A stretch of 64,000 nt of DNA, taken from NCBI GenBank assembly GCA_031414775.1, contig JANOQI010000062.1, forward strand, positions 64,001 to 128,000, written 5' to 3'. The translations under genes and the position numbers were made by a program. This document shows, one piece after another, positions 51,623 to 60,756 of the stretch. Source of the stretch: Synechococcales cyanobacterium VAR_4_metabat_354. Lineage in GTDB: Bacteria; Cyanobacteriota; Cyanobacteriia; Cyanobacteriales; Chamaesiphonaceae. The notes under the pieces were generated by a model. That model searched no databases, was not told the DNA's origin, and saw only the letters and a program-made list of their open reading frames with translations. How positions within the stretch are numbered: position 1 is the first letter of the stretch; each line of letters starts with the position of its first letter.

Positions 51623-52861
51623 TCAAGGATGAGGGCCAACAACCGAGAGATAGTAAGGACTACTGAAATATTGCTGGGCAACTTCCTGAACTTGAGTCGT
51701 TGTCACATCGTCAATAGCAGTCGTAAACTTTCGATCGAACTCCCAGCCCAAGCCCAGAGTTTCATACCAACCGTAAATATAAGCCATTTGACTACTGGTT
51801 TGTTTGGCTAGGGCATATTTACCCAGCAACTTACTTTTGGTGGTGGTTAGTTCTTCATCACTGAGTTGAATGGCACAAAGACGAGCTATTTCACCTTGTA
51901 AACCATCAATAGCCTGCTGTAGATTTTCGGGAGTGGTACCCATATAGACGGCAAAGATCGATCGATCGATCTTCGTTGAAAAGATGCTGGAAACCTCGTA
52001 AGCTAAACCACGTTTTTCGCGCAGTTCTACAAATAACCGACTAGAAAGACCACTACCCAAATAAGTATTCATCAAACGCAACGGCAAGTAATGCGGATCG
52101 CTGACCGCCACAGTCAAATGTCCGAGCATGACGATCGATTGCTGCGTGGGTTTAGTAATAGTTTGTTGCTGGGGATTTAGGGGGATGGCGGGCAGCTCGA
52201 CCAGGGGCAATGGCTCGGCGGGTAATGGCCAATCACCAAAAATTTCCTCAACTAAATCGGCTGCTACTGTTGGGGTAATCCAACCAGCCAGACTAATCAC
52301 TAATCGATCGGGGCGGAAATAAGTCCGATGATATGCCACCAAATCAGCGCGGTTAATCTTTGCTACTGAGGCGGCGGTGCCAAGTTGTGGTTGAGCATAG
52401 GGATGATCTTGGTAAATCGATTCTCGTAGTTGTTGGAAAGCCAGGGTCATCGGATGCTCGGATTGCGAACGGATCGCTTGCAGCGTCAGTTTCCGCTCTA
52501 GTTCCAGCTGTTCTAGCGGAAAGCTAGGATGACGCAGTATCTCACCCGCCAACCGCAAAATATCGGCAAAATCTGAGGTGACAGCCTTTAAACTCAACTC
52601 CACACTATCTTGATTAGCCTCGGCACTTAATCCCGCACCCACTGATTCAACTCTTTCGGCAATTTCTAACGCCGAGTAACTTTTCGTTCCTTTGGTAAGC
52701 AGAGTTGTGACCAAATTGCTCAGACCGGGCAGGGGCTGCCTGTGCTGTCCCAATTTTAAAAAGATGCGGCCAGCCACAATATCGTTGCTGGGATTGGGCG
52801 TAACTAGCAGGGTGGTGCCGTTGGCTAATTGCTGGTAGTGAGGCGGATGGCTAACGGGCAT
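51623..52861 (-). CDS. M16 (pitrilysin) family peptidase, non-catalytic-type subunit
   Basis: SSRLFVELREKRGLAY; HxxEH absent (GLSNLVTTLLTKGT). Confidence 0.88.
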   Translation of the reverse strand: MPVSHPPHYQQLANGTTLLVTPNPSNDIVAGRIFLKLGQHRQPLPGLSNLVTTLLTKGTKSYSALEIAERVESVGAGLSAEANQDSVELSLKAVTSDFADILRLAGEILRHPSFPLEQLELERKLTLQAIRSQSEHPMTLAFQQLRESIYQDHPYAQPQLGTAASVAKINRADLVAYHRTYFRPDRLVISLAGWITPTVAADLVEEIFGDWPLPAEPLPLVELPAIPLNPQQQTITKPTQQSIVMLGHLTVAVSDPHYLPLRLMNTYLGSGLSSRLFVELREKRGLAYEVSSIFSTKIDRSIFAVYMGTTPENLQQAIDGLQGEIARLCAIQLSDEELTTTKSKLLGKYALAKQTSSQMAYIYGWYETLGLGWEFDRKFTTAIDDVTTTQVQEVAQQYFSSPYYLSVVGPHP

Positions 52862-53079
52862 GTTCAGGAGCAGTGCAGTGAATTCTCCCAATTATAGATT
52901 CTTCTGACTAGTAAATAGGTAATAGCAAGCATTTCAAGCAATTACTGTGAATTTTTCCAAAATTTTGGATACACCTCTTGCTAATTTTTTTGTACTATAG
53001 TACACTTCAACCATCGATAAAAATAGAGCATTTGCACTACCCTCAATACTTTCAATTCATTGTTACTCCAGGAACAACC

Positions 53080-53889
53080 ATGAACACTATCCCAGTAGCT
53101 CCCGCAATTCCCGATAATACGACTGGCCTGACCCGCGACCGCTTTGCTAGTGCTGAATATACTGACCCCCAAGCCCGCTTACCGCGTATCCAAGCCCTGC
53201 GCGGTGAAAAAGGCGAGGTCGATTGCGGCTATTTTATTACCGAAGCTGAAATGGAAAAAGCTGGCTGGTATGAAGTGAAAGCCAAAGATTTAGTTACTTA
53301 TGAGTACAACAGCGGTGGCCAAGAGAAGGGGCTGTTGATTAAATCACCGCGCATGTTAGTCGTCCAGCGCTCACCGATTTTTGCGTTCGATCGACAGATC
53401 TCCATGCAAGAAAAACGGATGATGGTGGTCGGAGCCTATTCGCGGCAGCTCCACAACGAACGGGAAAAATATGGCTTGGGTCAGTACTACGAGGTGATGT
53501 TACTGGGGTCAAATAACGAACCCCTCCACGAAACCAGCTTTGCTTATTTGGCAAAAGGTGCCAACCAAGCGAGCTTCAGTAGCAATTGGCAACAGCTAGT
53601 TAACGAAGTAACCCGTTGTCATGCGATCGCCAACCAAATTCCCGCCCGACCCAAGAATGCACTGTTTAGCAGCCTCTGCGTTTTTCAATTCACGGTGAAG
53701 CGAGAATTGGCTGGGAATAGCCTGAAATCTTATGCCTGCAAAGTTAATAGCCATGTCTCACCAACCCCAGACGACTGGGAAAGCTTCTTCCTCGGTCGCC
53801 AATCAGCCACCGCCGATCGCTTTTTGAATCTGATGGCTCCGACGACAGAATTGAGCTTGCTGCTACCAGAGCAAAGCCTCCGCGCCTAA
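53080..53889 (+). CDS. DUF5895-like hypothetical protein
   Basis: RDRFAS.EY.DP.ARLPRIQALRG, AGW, G.LIKSPRML, N.PLH, KGANQASF; AGGA RBS before ATG 53080. Confidence 0.7.
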   Translation: MNTIPVAPAIPDNTTGLTRDRFASAEYTDPQARLPRIQALRGEKGEVDCGYFITEAEMEKAGWYEVKAKDLVTYEYNSGGQEKGLLIKSPRMLVVQRSPIFAFDRQISMQEKRMMVVGAYSRQLHNEREKYGLGQYYEVMLLGSNNEPLHETSFAYLAKGANQASFSSNWQQLVNEVTRCHAIANQIPARPKNALFSSLCVFQFTVKRELAGNSLKSYACKVNSHVSPTPDDWESFFLGRQSATADRFLNLMAPTTELSLLLPEQSLRA

Positions 53890-53900
53890 AGCTCTAGTTT

Positions 53901-54251
53901 TTAAAGCTCCACCACATCGCCCAATAAAAGGACGGCAATTACCAGCATCAGAACAGCGGCTAATACATCCAATGTTTCTGGTGCTATTACTTTAGACAAC
54001 CACCGTCCCAATAGCACTCCGACTAAACTAGTAGCAATTAAGGCTGTGCCAGAACCCAGCAAAACGCTAAGTGGGGCGTGGGACTGAGCCGTCATCAACA
54101 GCGTCGCCAGCTGAGTTTTATCCCCCATCTCTGCCAAGAAAATTGTGATAAACGTCGATAGAAAAACGTTATTGGCATTGCCTTTGGGCTTGGTATCTAG
54201 CACTGACCCCAATGCTAACTGGTCGATATCAGATTCGGAAGAAGTTGGCAC
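53901..54251 (-). CDS. TMEM165/GDT1 (UPF0016) half-transporter
   Basis: Single AEMGDKTQL motif; three TM segments. Confidence 0.9.
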   Translation of the reverse strand: MPTSSESDIDQLALGSVLDTKPKGNANNVFLSTFITIFLAEMGDKTQLATLLMTAQSHAPLSVLLGSGTALIATSLVGVLLGRWLSKVIAPETLDVLAAVLMLVIAVLLLGDVVEL

Positions 54252-54313
54252 AAGCTATTCTCATTTTTCTCTCATTTTGTCAGTCTGACCGCCAAATATC
54301 AAGACGGCTGCTC

Positions 54314-54673
54314 TCAAGACAAGATAATTCCTACTTCTCTATTGAACTTCAGAAATTCTAAACTTTGGTCGCCATAGACATCTTCAATCTGCTGATGACA
54401 ACACTCGATCGCAAAGTCTTCTAAATCTTCTGGTTCAACCCCAAACATGTTTTGGAAGGTATCGACCTGTACCCGACAAAATTCTGGTCGATCGGCATAA
54501 ATTTTGCACTCACGATTAATCTGGTCGAAGTTAATACACCAGCCATCACTGCCGACCATCCCCAGATACCTGGTCAACTGTTCTGGAGTCAAATACTGGT
54601 CTAAATCTGGCCGACTGGCGGGGTCTAGGTTACAGCAAGCTCCGCAACCACTAATGCATTTCCACTTATCCAT
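54314..54673 (-). CDS. YkgJ family cysteine-cluster protein
   Basis: C..GCGACC, GWC, C.IYADRP.FCRV, CC. Confidence 0.9.
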   Translation of the reverse strand: MDKWKCISGCGACCNLDPASRPDLDQYLTPEQLTRYLGMVGSDGWCINFDQINRECKIYADRPEFCRVQVDTFQNMFGVEPEDLEDFAIECCHQQIEDVYGDQSLEFLKFNREVGIILS

Positions 54674-54708
54674 TTCTTATATTGCTTCAAAGCCGCACAT
54701 CGGCGAGG

Positions 54709-54726
54709 TTTGTAACGAATCTTAAA
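54709..54726 (-). promoter_or_regulatory. putative HLR1 (RpaB) site
   Basis: Minus strand TTTAAGAT-TC-GTTACAAA. Confidence 0.4.
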
Positions 54727-54804
54727 CTATTAGTCTTCCTGATGGGTAAGATTGTATGGCAAAATGAGCAGATAAATATCTTAACTTAATATTCTGGAGA
54801 GATT

Positions 54805-54945
54805 ATGGACTTTATCAGCGGCGCGTTAGACAGTATTGGCGCTATTAATTGGGAAGTAGTAGCTCAGTTATCGATGGTTGGGTTGATTATGGTTGCTGGC
54901 CCAGTGGTAATTTTTGTCCTCGCAGCGCTACGCGGCAACATGTAG
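54805..54945 (+). CDS. psb30: photosystem II protein Psb30 (Ycf12)
   Basis: Hand-translated MDFISGALDSIGAINWEVVAQLSMVGLIMVAGPVVIFVLAALRGNM*; GGAG RBS. Confidence 0.93.
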   Translation: MDFISGALDSIGAINWEVVAQLSMVGLIMVAGPVVIFVLAALRGNM

Positions 54946-55099
54946 AGCTTCCTTCTTGAATAAAGCAATGACAAGAGCTCTTGAGTGCAAATTTCAAGGG
55001 CTTTTTGCTGTGAAATAACTTCTTTTTATAGTTGGGGGATAGAAAAATCTGCTGATTGTCCTGATAGAATCAGAAGTCTCTGCCTTTAATGATTTTGAG

Positions 55100-56161
55100 A
55101 TGGCGCGTACTGGATACACCTTACCGGTCTTTGCGGTGGCTGCTGCCCAAGCGGCGCTGCTCCATTTGCTCGATCGAACCCCCACTGCCCCCCAAGTTAT
55201 TTTAGATTTGTTGCCTGATAGCGCCACTATTGCCATTCAGCAAGTCGCTAAATTAGATTTTCATAGTGCTTTGGCCATCACGCTTAGCGATCCGGGTGAT
55301 AACCTAGACCTGACTCGTCACACCCCAATTTGGGCAAAAGTGGAGTTGGTGGAACGAGGCACGGAATCATTAATCCTGAAAGGCGGGGAAGGATTGGGTC
55401 AAGATGCCGCTGGAAATCCGGCAATTTATAGTTATGCCCACAAATTATTTGCGGCTAATTTGGTGCCGCTGATTCCGATCGATCGGACTGCCATTATCAC
55501 CATTATTCTCCCCGAAGGTCAGCAGCTGGCACAACGGACTTCTAATGCAGCCTTTGGTATCGTGGGCGGACTATCCCTGTTGGGAACCAGTGGGATTTCC
55601 AAACCGCTATCTACCGAAGAACATCTCGAAGATCTACGCCAAGCCTTGCGAATTAAAGCGCAGCAGGCGCGGCGGTTAGTTTTTTGTATTGGCAGTAACG
55701 GAATGCAAGTAGCCGATCAATCGAGGATTCCTAGCCAGCAAATTGTCCAAACAGGCAACTGGATTGGGGCTTTGCTTTTAGAGGCCGGATTACAAGGAGT
55801 AGAATCGGTGCTGCTACTAGGTTATCAAGGCAAATTAATCAAATTAGCCGGGGGGATTTTCAACACCTCTAGCCACCTAGCCGATGCCAAGCTGGAGATC
55901 ATTGCTAGTGCGGTAGTGCACACGGGTGGCGATTTGAAGACAGTCCAAAAGGTCTTAGCTGCCAAAACAGCCGATGCCGCTTACCAAATATTGTTGGCAT
56001 TAGGTGGCGACCAAGCTGTTTTTGGCTATTTGGCCAGTCAGATTAGCAGCAAAGCTCAAGCTTATGTTCAAAAATATGCTGATGTTGGTTTGCAAATAGA
56101 TACCGTATTGTTCGATCGACAGGGCAAAGTCATCACTGGCGCTCTAACGTTTGTCCCTTGA
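55100..56161 (+). CDS. cbiD: cobalt-precorrin-5B C1-methyltransferase
   Basis: GYTLPVFA, DPGDNLDLT, RTSNAAFGIVGGLSLLGT, GKLIKLAGGIFNT. Confidence 0.94.
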   Translation: MARTGYTLPVFAVAAAQAALLHLLDRTPTAPQVILDLLPDSATIAIQQVAKLDFHSALAITLSDPGDNLDLTRHTPIWAKVELVERGTESLILKGGEGLGQDAAGNPAIYSYAHKLFAANLVPLIPIDRTAIITIILPEGQQLAQRTSNAAFGIVGGLSLLGTSGISKPLSTEEHLEDLRQALRIKAQQARRLVFCIGSNGMQVADQSRIPSQQIVQTGNWIGALLLEAGLQGVESVLLLGYQGKLIKLAGGIFNTSSHLADAKLEIIASAVVHTGGDLKTVQKVLAAKTADAAYQILLALGGDQAVFGYLASQISSKAQAYVQKYADVGLQIDTVLFDRQGKVITGALTFVP

Positions 56162-56214
56162 AGTGTCGATGCCAGGCAAGTCAGTTAAGTCGATCGATCA
56201 TGACAACCTGCCTC

Positions 56215-56484
56215 TTAAAACTGTGCTCGCACTGTAAACGTATAATCCCCACCAGCTTCCAGCTGATAATCCCACTTCAATAAAAAGCGATAAAGAGCAT
56301 CCTGAATTAATGCCCGCCCCATCGATGGCTCAACTTTCAAGTTATCGCGAGTATCCCGAAACCGCCACTGAAATTGCCAAATAAATTCACCAGCATTCAC
56401 CTCACCAGCAATCATTCCTTGTTGCCAAGAATGAGACGTGACACGCACATATGCAATTGTTTCTGGCAGGCGGCGCTTGCTCAT
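56215..56484 (-). CDS. DUF3146 family protein
   Basis: LPETIAYVRVT..SW, PSMGRALI, DYQLEAGGDY.FTVRA.F. Confidence 0.85.
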   Translation of the reverse strand: MSKRRLPETIAYVRVTSHSWQQGMIAGEVNAGEFIWQFQWRFRDTRDNLKVEPSMGRALIQDALYRFLLKWDYQLEAGGDYTFTVRAQF

Positions 56485-56500
56485 AAAAAATCTAGTGGGA

Positions 56501-57139
56501 TCAACGTCCAAGGTTGTGCATCTGAGTAATAATTGCTGTCCATTCTGCCGTTGCTTGATCCAATAGCGCTCTGCTACTGCTAGCTGGCGGTGGCAATGGC
56601 TCACCAATGCGAATCGTCAAAGAAGCCGATGCTGGTAATTTTTGGCCTTTCACTTCAATTTTTTCGGTACCCCACAAACTGACTGGAATCACTGGCACTT
56701 GGGCTTTGGCGGCAATGAGGGCAGCACCAGCTTGCGGGTCTTCAATTTTGCCATCAGCCGTTCTGGTGCCACCAATAAATACCCCCGCTCCCCAGCCATC
56801 GTCTAAATATTCTAGAGCTGCTTTAATGACACTGGAACCTGCTTTGCCGCGCTTCACCGGATAAGAACCATAAATTTTGATTAGGTTTTTGAGGACTGGT
56901 ATTTGAAACAGTTCTTCCTTGGCCATATAAGCCACGGGCCGTCCGATCGAACAAGATAGCAGCACCGGATCGAAATTGCTGGCATGGTTACTGACCACCA
57001 AAAAGCCGCCAGTTTTGGGGACATGTTCAGCCCCATAAATTCTGCCTTGCCAGTAGGTATGCAGCAAGGGGCTAACCACCAGCCATTTGAAGGCATGGTA
57101 CATGGTGAAATTAAACAAAGGTTCACGTTCTTTGGCCAT
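56501..57139 (-). CDS. plsC: 1-acyl-sn-glycerol-3-phosphate acyltransferase
   Basis: NHASNFDP, MAKEELF, F..GTRT. Confidence 0.9.
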   Translation of the reverse strand: MAKEREPLFNFTMYHAFKWLVVSPLLHTYWQGRIYGAEHVPKTGGFLVVSNHASNFDPVLLSCSIGRPVAYMAKEELFQIPVLKNLIKIYGSYPVKRGKAGSSVIKAALEYLDDGWGAGVFIGGTRTADGKIEDPQAGAALIAAKAQVPVIPVSLWGTEKIEVKGQKLPASASLTIRIGEPLPPPASSSRALLDQATAEWTAIITQMHNLGR

Positions 57140-57151
57140 CTTAAACTCCTG

Positions 57152-60055
57152 CTAAAATTCTCCAGCCACGGCTCCCACACATCGATCGCACAAAATATCA
57201 TGCTCCTGATGGGTGCCCACTGTCTCGGAATAATTCCAACAGCGATCGCACTTATGACCATCGGCTTTGGTGATAGCAACTTTGATACCATGCAAGCCAG
57301 CGGTATGATATTCAGCCTGCTCGATAGTGGCCGCATCCACAAACTTCACTTGGGAAACCAAAAAGAAATAACGCAGCTCATCGACTTGATTGGTGCTGAT
57401 AGTAAATGGAGGCAAATGCTCGGGAAATGGTGCTCCATCAATACAAATCAATACCTTACTTTCTAAGCTTGACCCAATCAGCTTGTCTGTCCGGGCTTGT
57501 TCCAGCAGTTTATTGATGTCATCACGGGTATCGCGCAGCCTCCGCCAGCCTTGCGCCATTTTTTCCTGCGACCACTGGGGATCGAGCTTCACCCAGCCCG
57601 CCTGAAAAACTGACTTAAAGCCAGTATCGTAGGGCAAGTATTGCCAAATATCTTCAGCCATGTGGCAAAGCACCGGGGAAATAGCGATCGCGAGTCTTTC
57701 CAAGATAATCGCTAAAACTGTCTGGCAACTGCGGCGGCGTTGGCTATCAGTAGAACTGATATATAGCCGATCCTTGGCGATGTCTAAGTAAAAATTAGAC
57801 AGATCAACTACACAGAAATTCTGGATAGCCTGGAAGAATCGAAAGAATTGATAACTTTCAAAAGCTGCTGTCACTTCCCCAAAGACTTCGGTCACTCGAT
57901 GCAACATATAGCGATCGAGTTCCGGCAATTGGTCATAAGGGACAGCATCGGTAGCCGGGTTGAAATCATGCAAATTCCCCAACAAAAACCGCGCCGTATT
58001 CCGAATCTTGCGATAGGCATCGGACATCTGTTTGATGATGCCTTTACCAATCAGCACGTCACTGGAATAGTCCACTGATGAGACCCACAGCCGCAGCACA
58101 TCAGCACCATAAGCGGGATCGTTCTGTTGATTTTTGCCGCCATTAATCACCGCTAGCGGATCGATGACATTGCCCACCGATTTACTCATTTTGCGGCCTT
58201 TCTCATCGAGCACAAACCCGTGGGTCAGGACTGTTTGGTAGGGCGCAATCCCGTTGTTAGCTACACTGGTCAGCAAGCTGGATTGGAACCAGCCTCGGTG
58301 TTGATCGGAGCCTTCTAAGTAGAGATCGGCTGGATACTTGAGATTCGGACGTTGTTTAGCTACGGCTGCCCAAGATGAGCCGGAGTCAAACCAGACATCC
58401 ATGGTGTCGGTGCCCAGCCGATAGGTGCGGCCATTATTGCGATAACTTTCTGGCAACAATTCGGCCACCGACATGCTGTACCAAGCATCAGTGCCATGCT
58501 TGGCCACAATCTGCTGAACGTGATCGATCGTCTCCGCAGTTAGCAATGGTTCGTTGGTTTCTTCGTCATAGAACACTGGAATCGGTACGCCCCAGTTCCG
58601 TTGCCGCGAAATACACCAATCCGATCTGTCGGCCACCATGGGCCTGATCCGGTTTTTGCCCTGGGCGGGAATCCATTGCACCTGTTCGATCGCCCTCAAT
58701 GCTTCATCTCGAAAACCGGCCACCGAAGCAAACCACTGTTCAGTAGCTCGAAAAATTGTCGGCTTTTTGGTGCGCCAGTCGTAGGGATATTTGTGGCTGT
58801 AGGGTTCATGTTTGAGCAGACAACCGGCTGCTTGCAAGGCTGTAATCACCGCCTGATTGCCCTCGCTGATCTTGACCGATTGCAGCTTTCCATCTTGGTC
58901 ATAGCTCACATCATCAGCTACTTTTAGACCAACAAACTGACCAGCTTCCTCGGTAAAGCGACCAGTCCCATCAACTGGTGCCAAGATTGCTAAACCGTAG
59001 CGCTTGCCCACGATATAATCTTCTTGACCATGACCAGGGGCAGTATGCACCAAGCCAGTACCAGATTCGGTAGTGATATAGTCACCGCCAATAATTACCG
59101 GACTTTCTCGATCGAACAACGGATGCCGATAAGTCGTATGTTCTAATTCCTTTCCTTTGATGGTGGCGCGGACGGTGAGTTCACAGCCAAAGGTAGTTGC
59201 TAACTGCTCGACCATCGCCGCTGCCACAACGAGGTATTTGTGAGAGCCAGTAGTTTCGACCACGGCATAATCCAAACTAGGATTAACTGCCACTGCCAGG
59301 TTGGCCGGAATTGTCCAAGGAGTGGTCGTCCAAATCGCCACCGCTAAACCATTTTGGTAGGGCGCTAAACTAGCTGCTCCCTCTCCCAGTTTGGCTACTG
59401 GCAAAGACACAAAAATACTTTGGGAAACATGGCCTTCGGGATATTCCAATTCCGCTTCAGCTAAAGCTGTTTGGGAACTAGGACTCCAATGCACGGGTTT
59501 GAGACCCCGATAGATATAACCCTTCAGTACCATCTGGCCAAAGACCCCAATCTGCGCCGCCTCGTATTCTGGCTGCAAAGTGAGATAGGGCTTGTCCCAT
59601 TCGCCCCACACCCCCATCCGCTGAAAGCCCACTTTCTGACTTTCTACGGTGCTTTGGGCAAATTGGGCGGCCTGTTGGCGCAACGACAAAGGAGTCAGCT
59701 CTTGGCGCGCCGCTGGCTTCATGTCTTGTAAAACCTTGAGTTCGATCGGCAGACCATGGCAGTCCCAACCGGGCACGTAACGCACCTTACGACCTTGCAA
59801 AAATTGATAGCGATTGATGGTGTCTTTTAAGATTTTGTTGAGCGCATGACCAATATGCAGTGCGCCGTTAGCATAGGGCGGACCATCATGCAGCACAAAT
59901 ATCTCGCCCGGATTGGAATGCGACAGTTGCTCGAAAATTTGTTCTGCTGCCCAAAATGCCTGTAGTTCAGGCTCGCGCTTCTGGGCGTTCGCGCGCATGT
60001 CAAACTTAGTCTGGGGAAGATTAACGGTGTTTTTGTAGCTGCCTGGTGCTGTCAC
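57152..60055 (-). CDS. ileS: isoleucine--tRNA ligase
   Basis: HDGPPYANG..HIGH, WTTTPWT, GTGLVH, EGSDQHRGWF, KMSKS, C-terminal Zn finger; GTG start 60055 (ORF open to 60094). Confidence 0.98.
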   Translation of the reverse strand: MTAPGSYKNTVNLPQTKFDMRANAQKREPELQAFWAAEQIFEQLSHSNPGEIFVLHDGPPYANGALHIGHALNKILKDTINRYQFLQGRKVRYVPGWDCHGLPIELKVLQDMKPAARQELTPLSLRQQAAQFAQSTVESQKVGFQRMGVWGEWDKPYLTLQPEYEAAQIGVFGQMVLKGYIYRGLKPVHWSPSSQTALAEAELEYPEGHVSQSIFVSLPVAKLGEGAASLAPYQNGLAVAIWTTTPWTIPANLAVAVNPSLDYAVVETTGSHKYLVVAAAMVEQLATTFGCELTVRATIKGKELEHTTYRHPLFDRESPVIIGGDYITTESGTGLVHTAPGHGQEDYIVGKRYGLAILAPVDGTGRFTEEAGQFVGLKVADDVSYDQDGKLQSVKISEGNQAVITALQAAGCLLKHEPYSHKYPYDWRTKKPTIFRATEQWFASVAGFRDEALRAIEQVQWIPAQGKNRIRPMVADRSDWCISRQRNWGVPIPVFYDEETNEPLLTAETIDHVQQIVAKHGTDAWYSMSVAELLPESYRNNGRTYRLGTDTMDVWFDSGSSWAAVAKQRPNLKYPADLYLEGSDQHRGWFQSSLLTSVANNGIAPYQTVLTHGFVLDEKGRKMSKSVGNVIDPLAVINGGKNQQNDPAYGADVLRLWVSSVDYSSDVLIGKGIIKQMSDAYRKIRNTARFLLGNLHDFNPATDAVPYDQLPELDRYMLHRVTEVFGEVTAAFESYQFFRFFQAIQNFCVVDLSNFYLDIAKDRLYISSTDSQRRRSCQTVLAIILERLAIAISPVLCHMAEDIWQYLPYDTGFKSVFQAGWVKLDPQWSQEKMAQGWRRLRDTRDDINKLLEQARTDKLIGSSLESKVLICIDGAPFPEHLPPFTISTNQVDELRYFFLVSQVKFVDAATIEQAEYHTAGLHGIKVAITKADGHKCDRCWNYSETVGTHQEHDILCDRCVGAVAGEF

Positions 60056-60238
60056 AGTCGTAGGTCCAATGTCGGCAAGATTTGTCCTGACCATTATAGG
60101 TGCTGGTGGGTGGTGGCAACTTTAGTACTTTTGTTCATTGCTCGATCGACCATTCTTCGCCACAATATTCATCACATCTTTCCCAGTAATGACTAAAGAT
60201 ATAAGTCAACAACTGCCAAGGCACACTTGTTAGAAAAA

Positions 60239-60691
60239 ATGAATAGAAAATTTAGCTGGATTATCCTGTCCAGTTTAGTAGGAGTTGCTCTAAGTTCAGC
60301 CTCCGTTCAAGCCACTCAGTTAGTAGAATGGCGCTTCAATGTTCCCAATAGTGTCATCGGTTTGACTACCGATGCGGGAGTGAAACCGATGGTTTTTTTA
60401 TTGAGCAACCCCAATCGAGTAGTTGTAGATTTACCAAAAGTTTCCAAGAAAGGACGAACAGTTCGTGCTAAATACCGAGGAGCAGTCCGCGAAATTCGCA
60501 TTTCACAGGTCGGTAAAATGACCCGAACAGTGATCGAACTAGCCCCTGGCTACGGTGTTTCTGCTCGGAATATTAAAGTAGCTAGTGACTCACCACGTAA
60601 ATGGTATATTCGCTTGCGATCGATCGAACGAGGCATTCCCCCCGGCCCTGGCGAAACAAGAGAGGCAATTAGAGTGCCCACCGGTTCATAA
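60239..60691 (+). CDS. stand-alone secreted AMIN-domain protein
   Basis: Signal peptide; LSNPNRVVVDLP, VREIRISQ, TRTVIEL. Confidence 0.85.
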   Translation: MNRKFSWIILSSLVGVALSSASVQATQLVEWRFNVPNSVIGLTTDAGVKPMVFLLSNPNRVVVDLPKVSKKGRTVRAKYRGAVREIRISQVGKMTRTVIELAPGYGVSARNIKVASDSPRKWYIRLRSIERGIPPGPGETREAIRVPTGS

Positions 60692-60756
60692 CCATTGGCA
60701 ATTTGACTAATTACCTTTTCAGTGGACAATTAAACAGCATCTTTCGTTTGGGAAAC

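Noticed and set aside
54946..55099. Possible cobalamin riboswitch upstream of cbiD
   Set aside because: AT-rich; no B12-box or conserved core motifs seen
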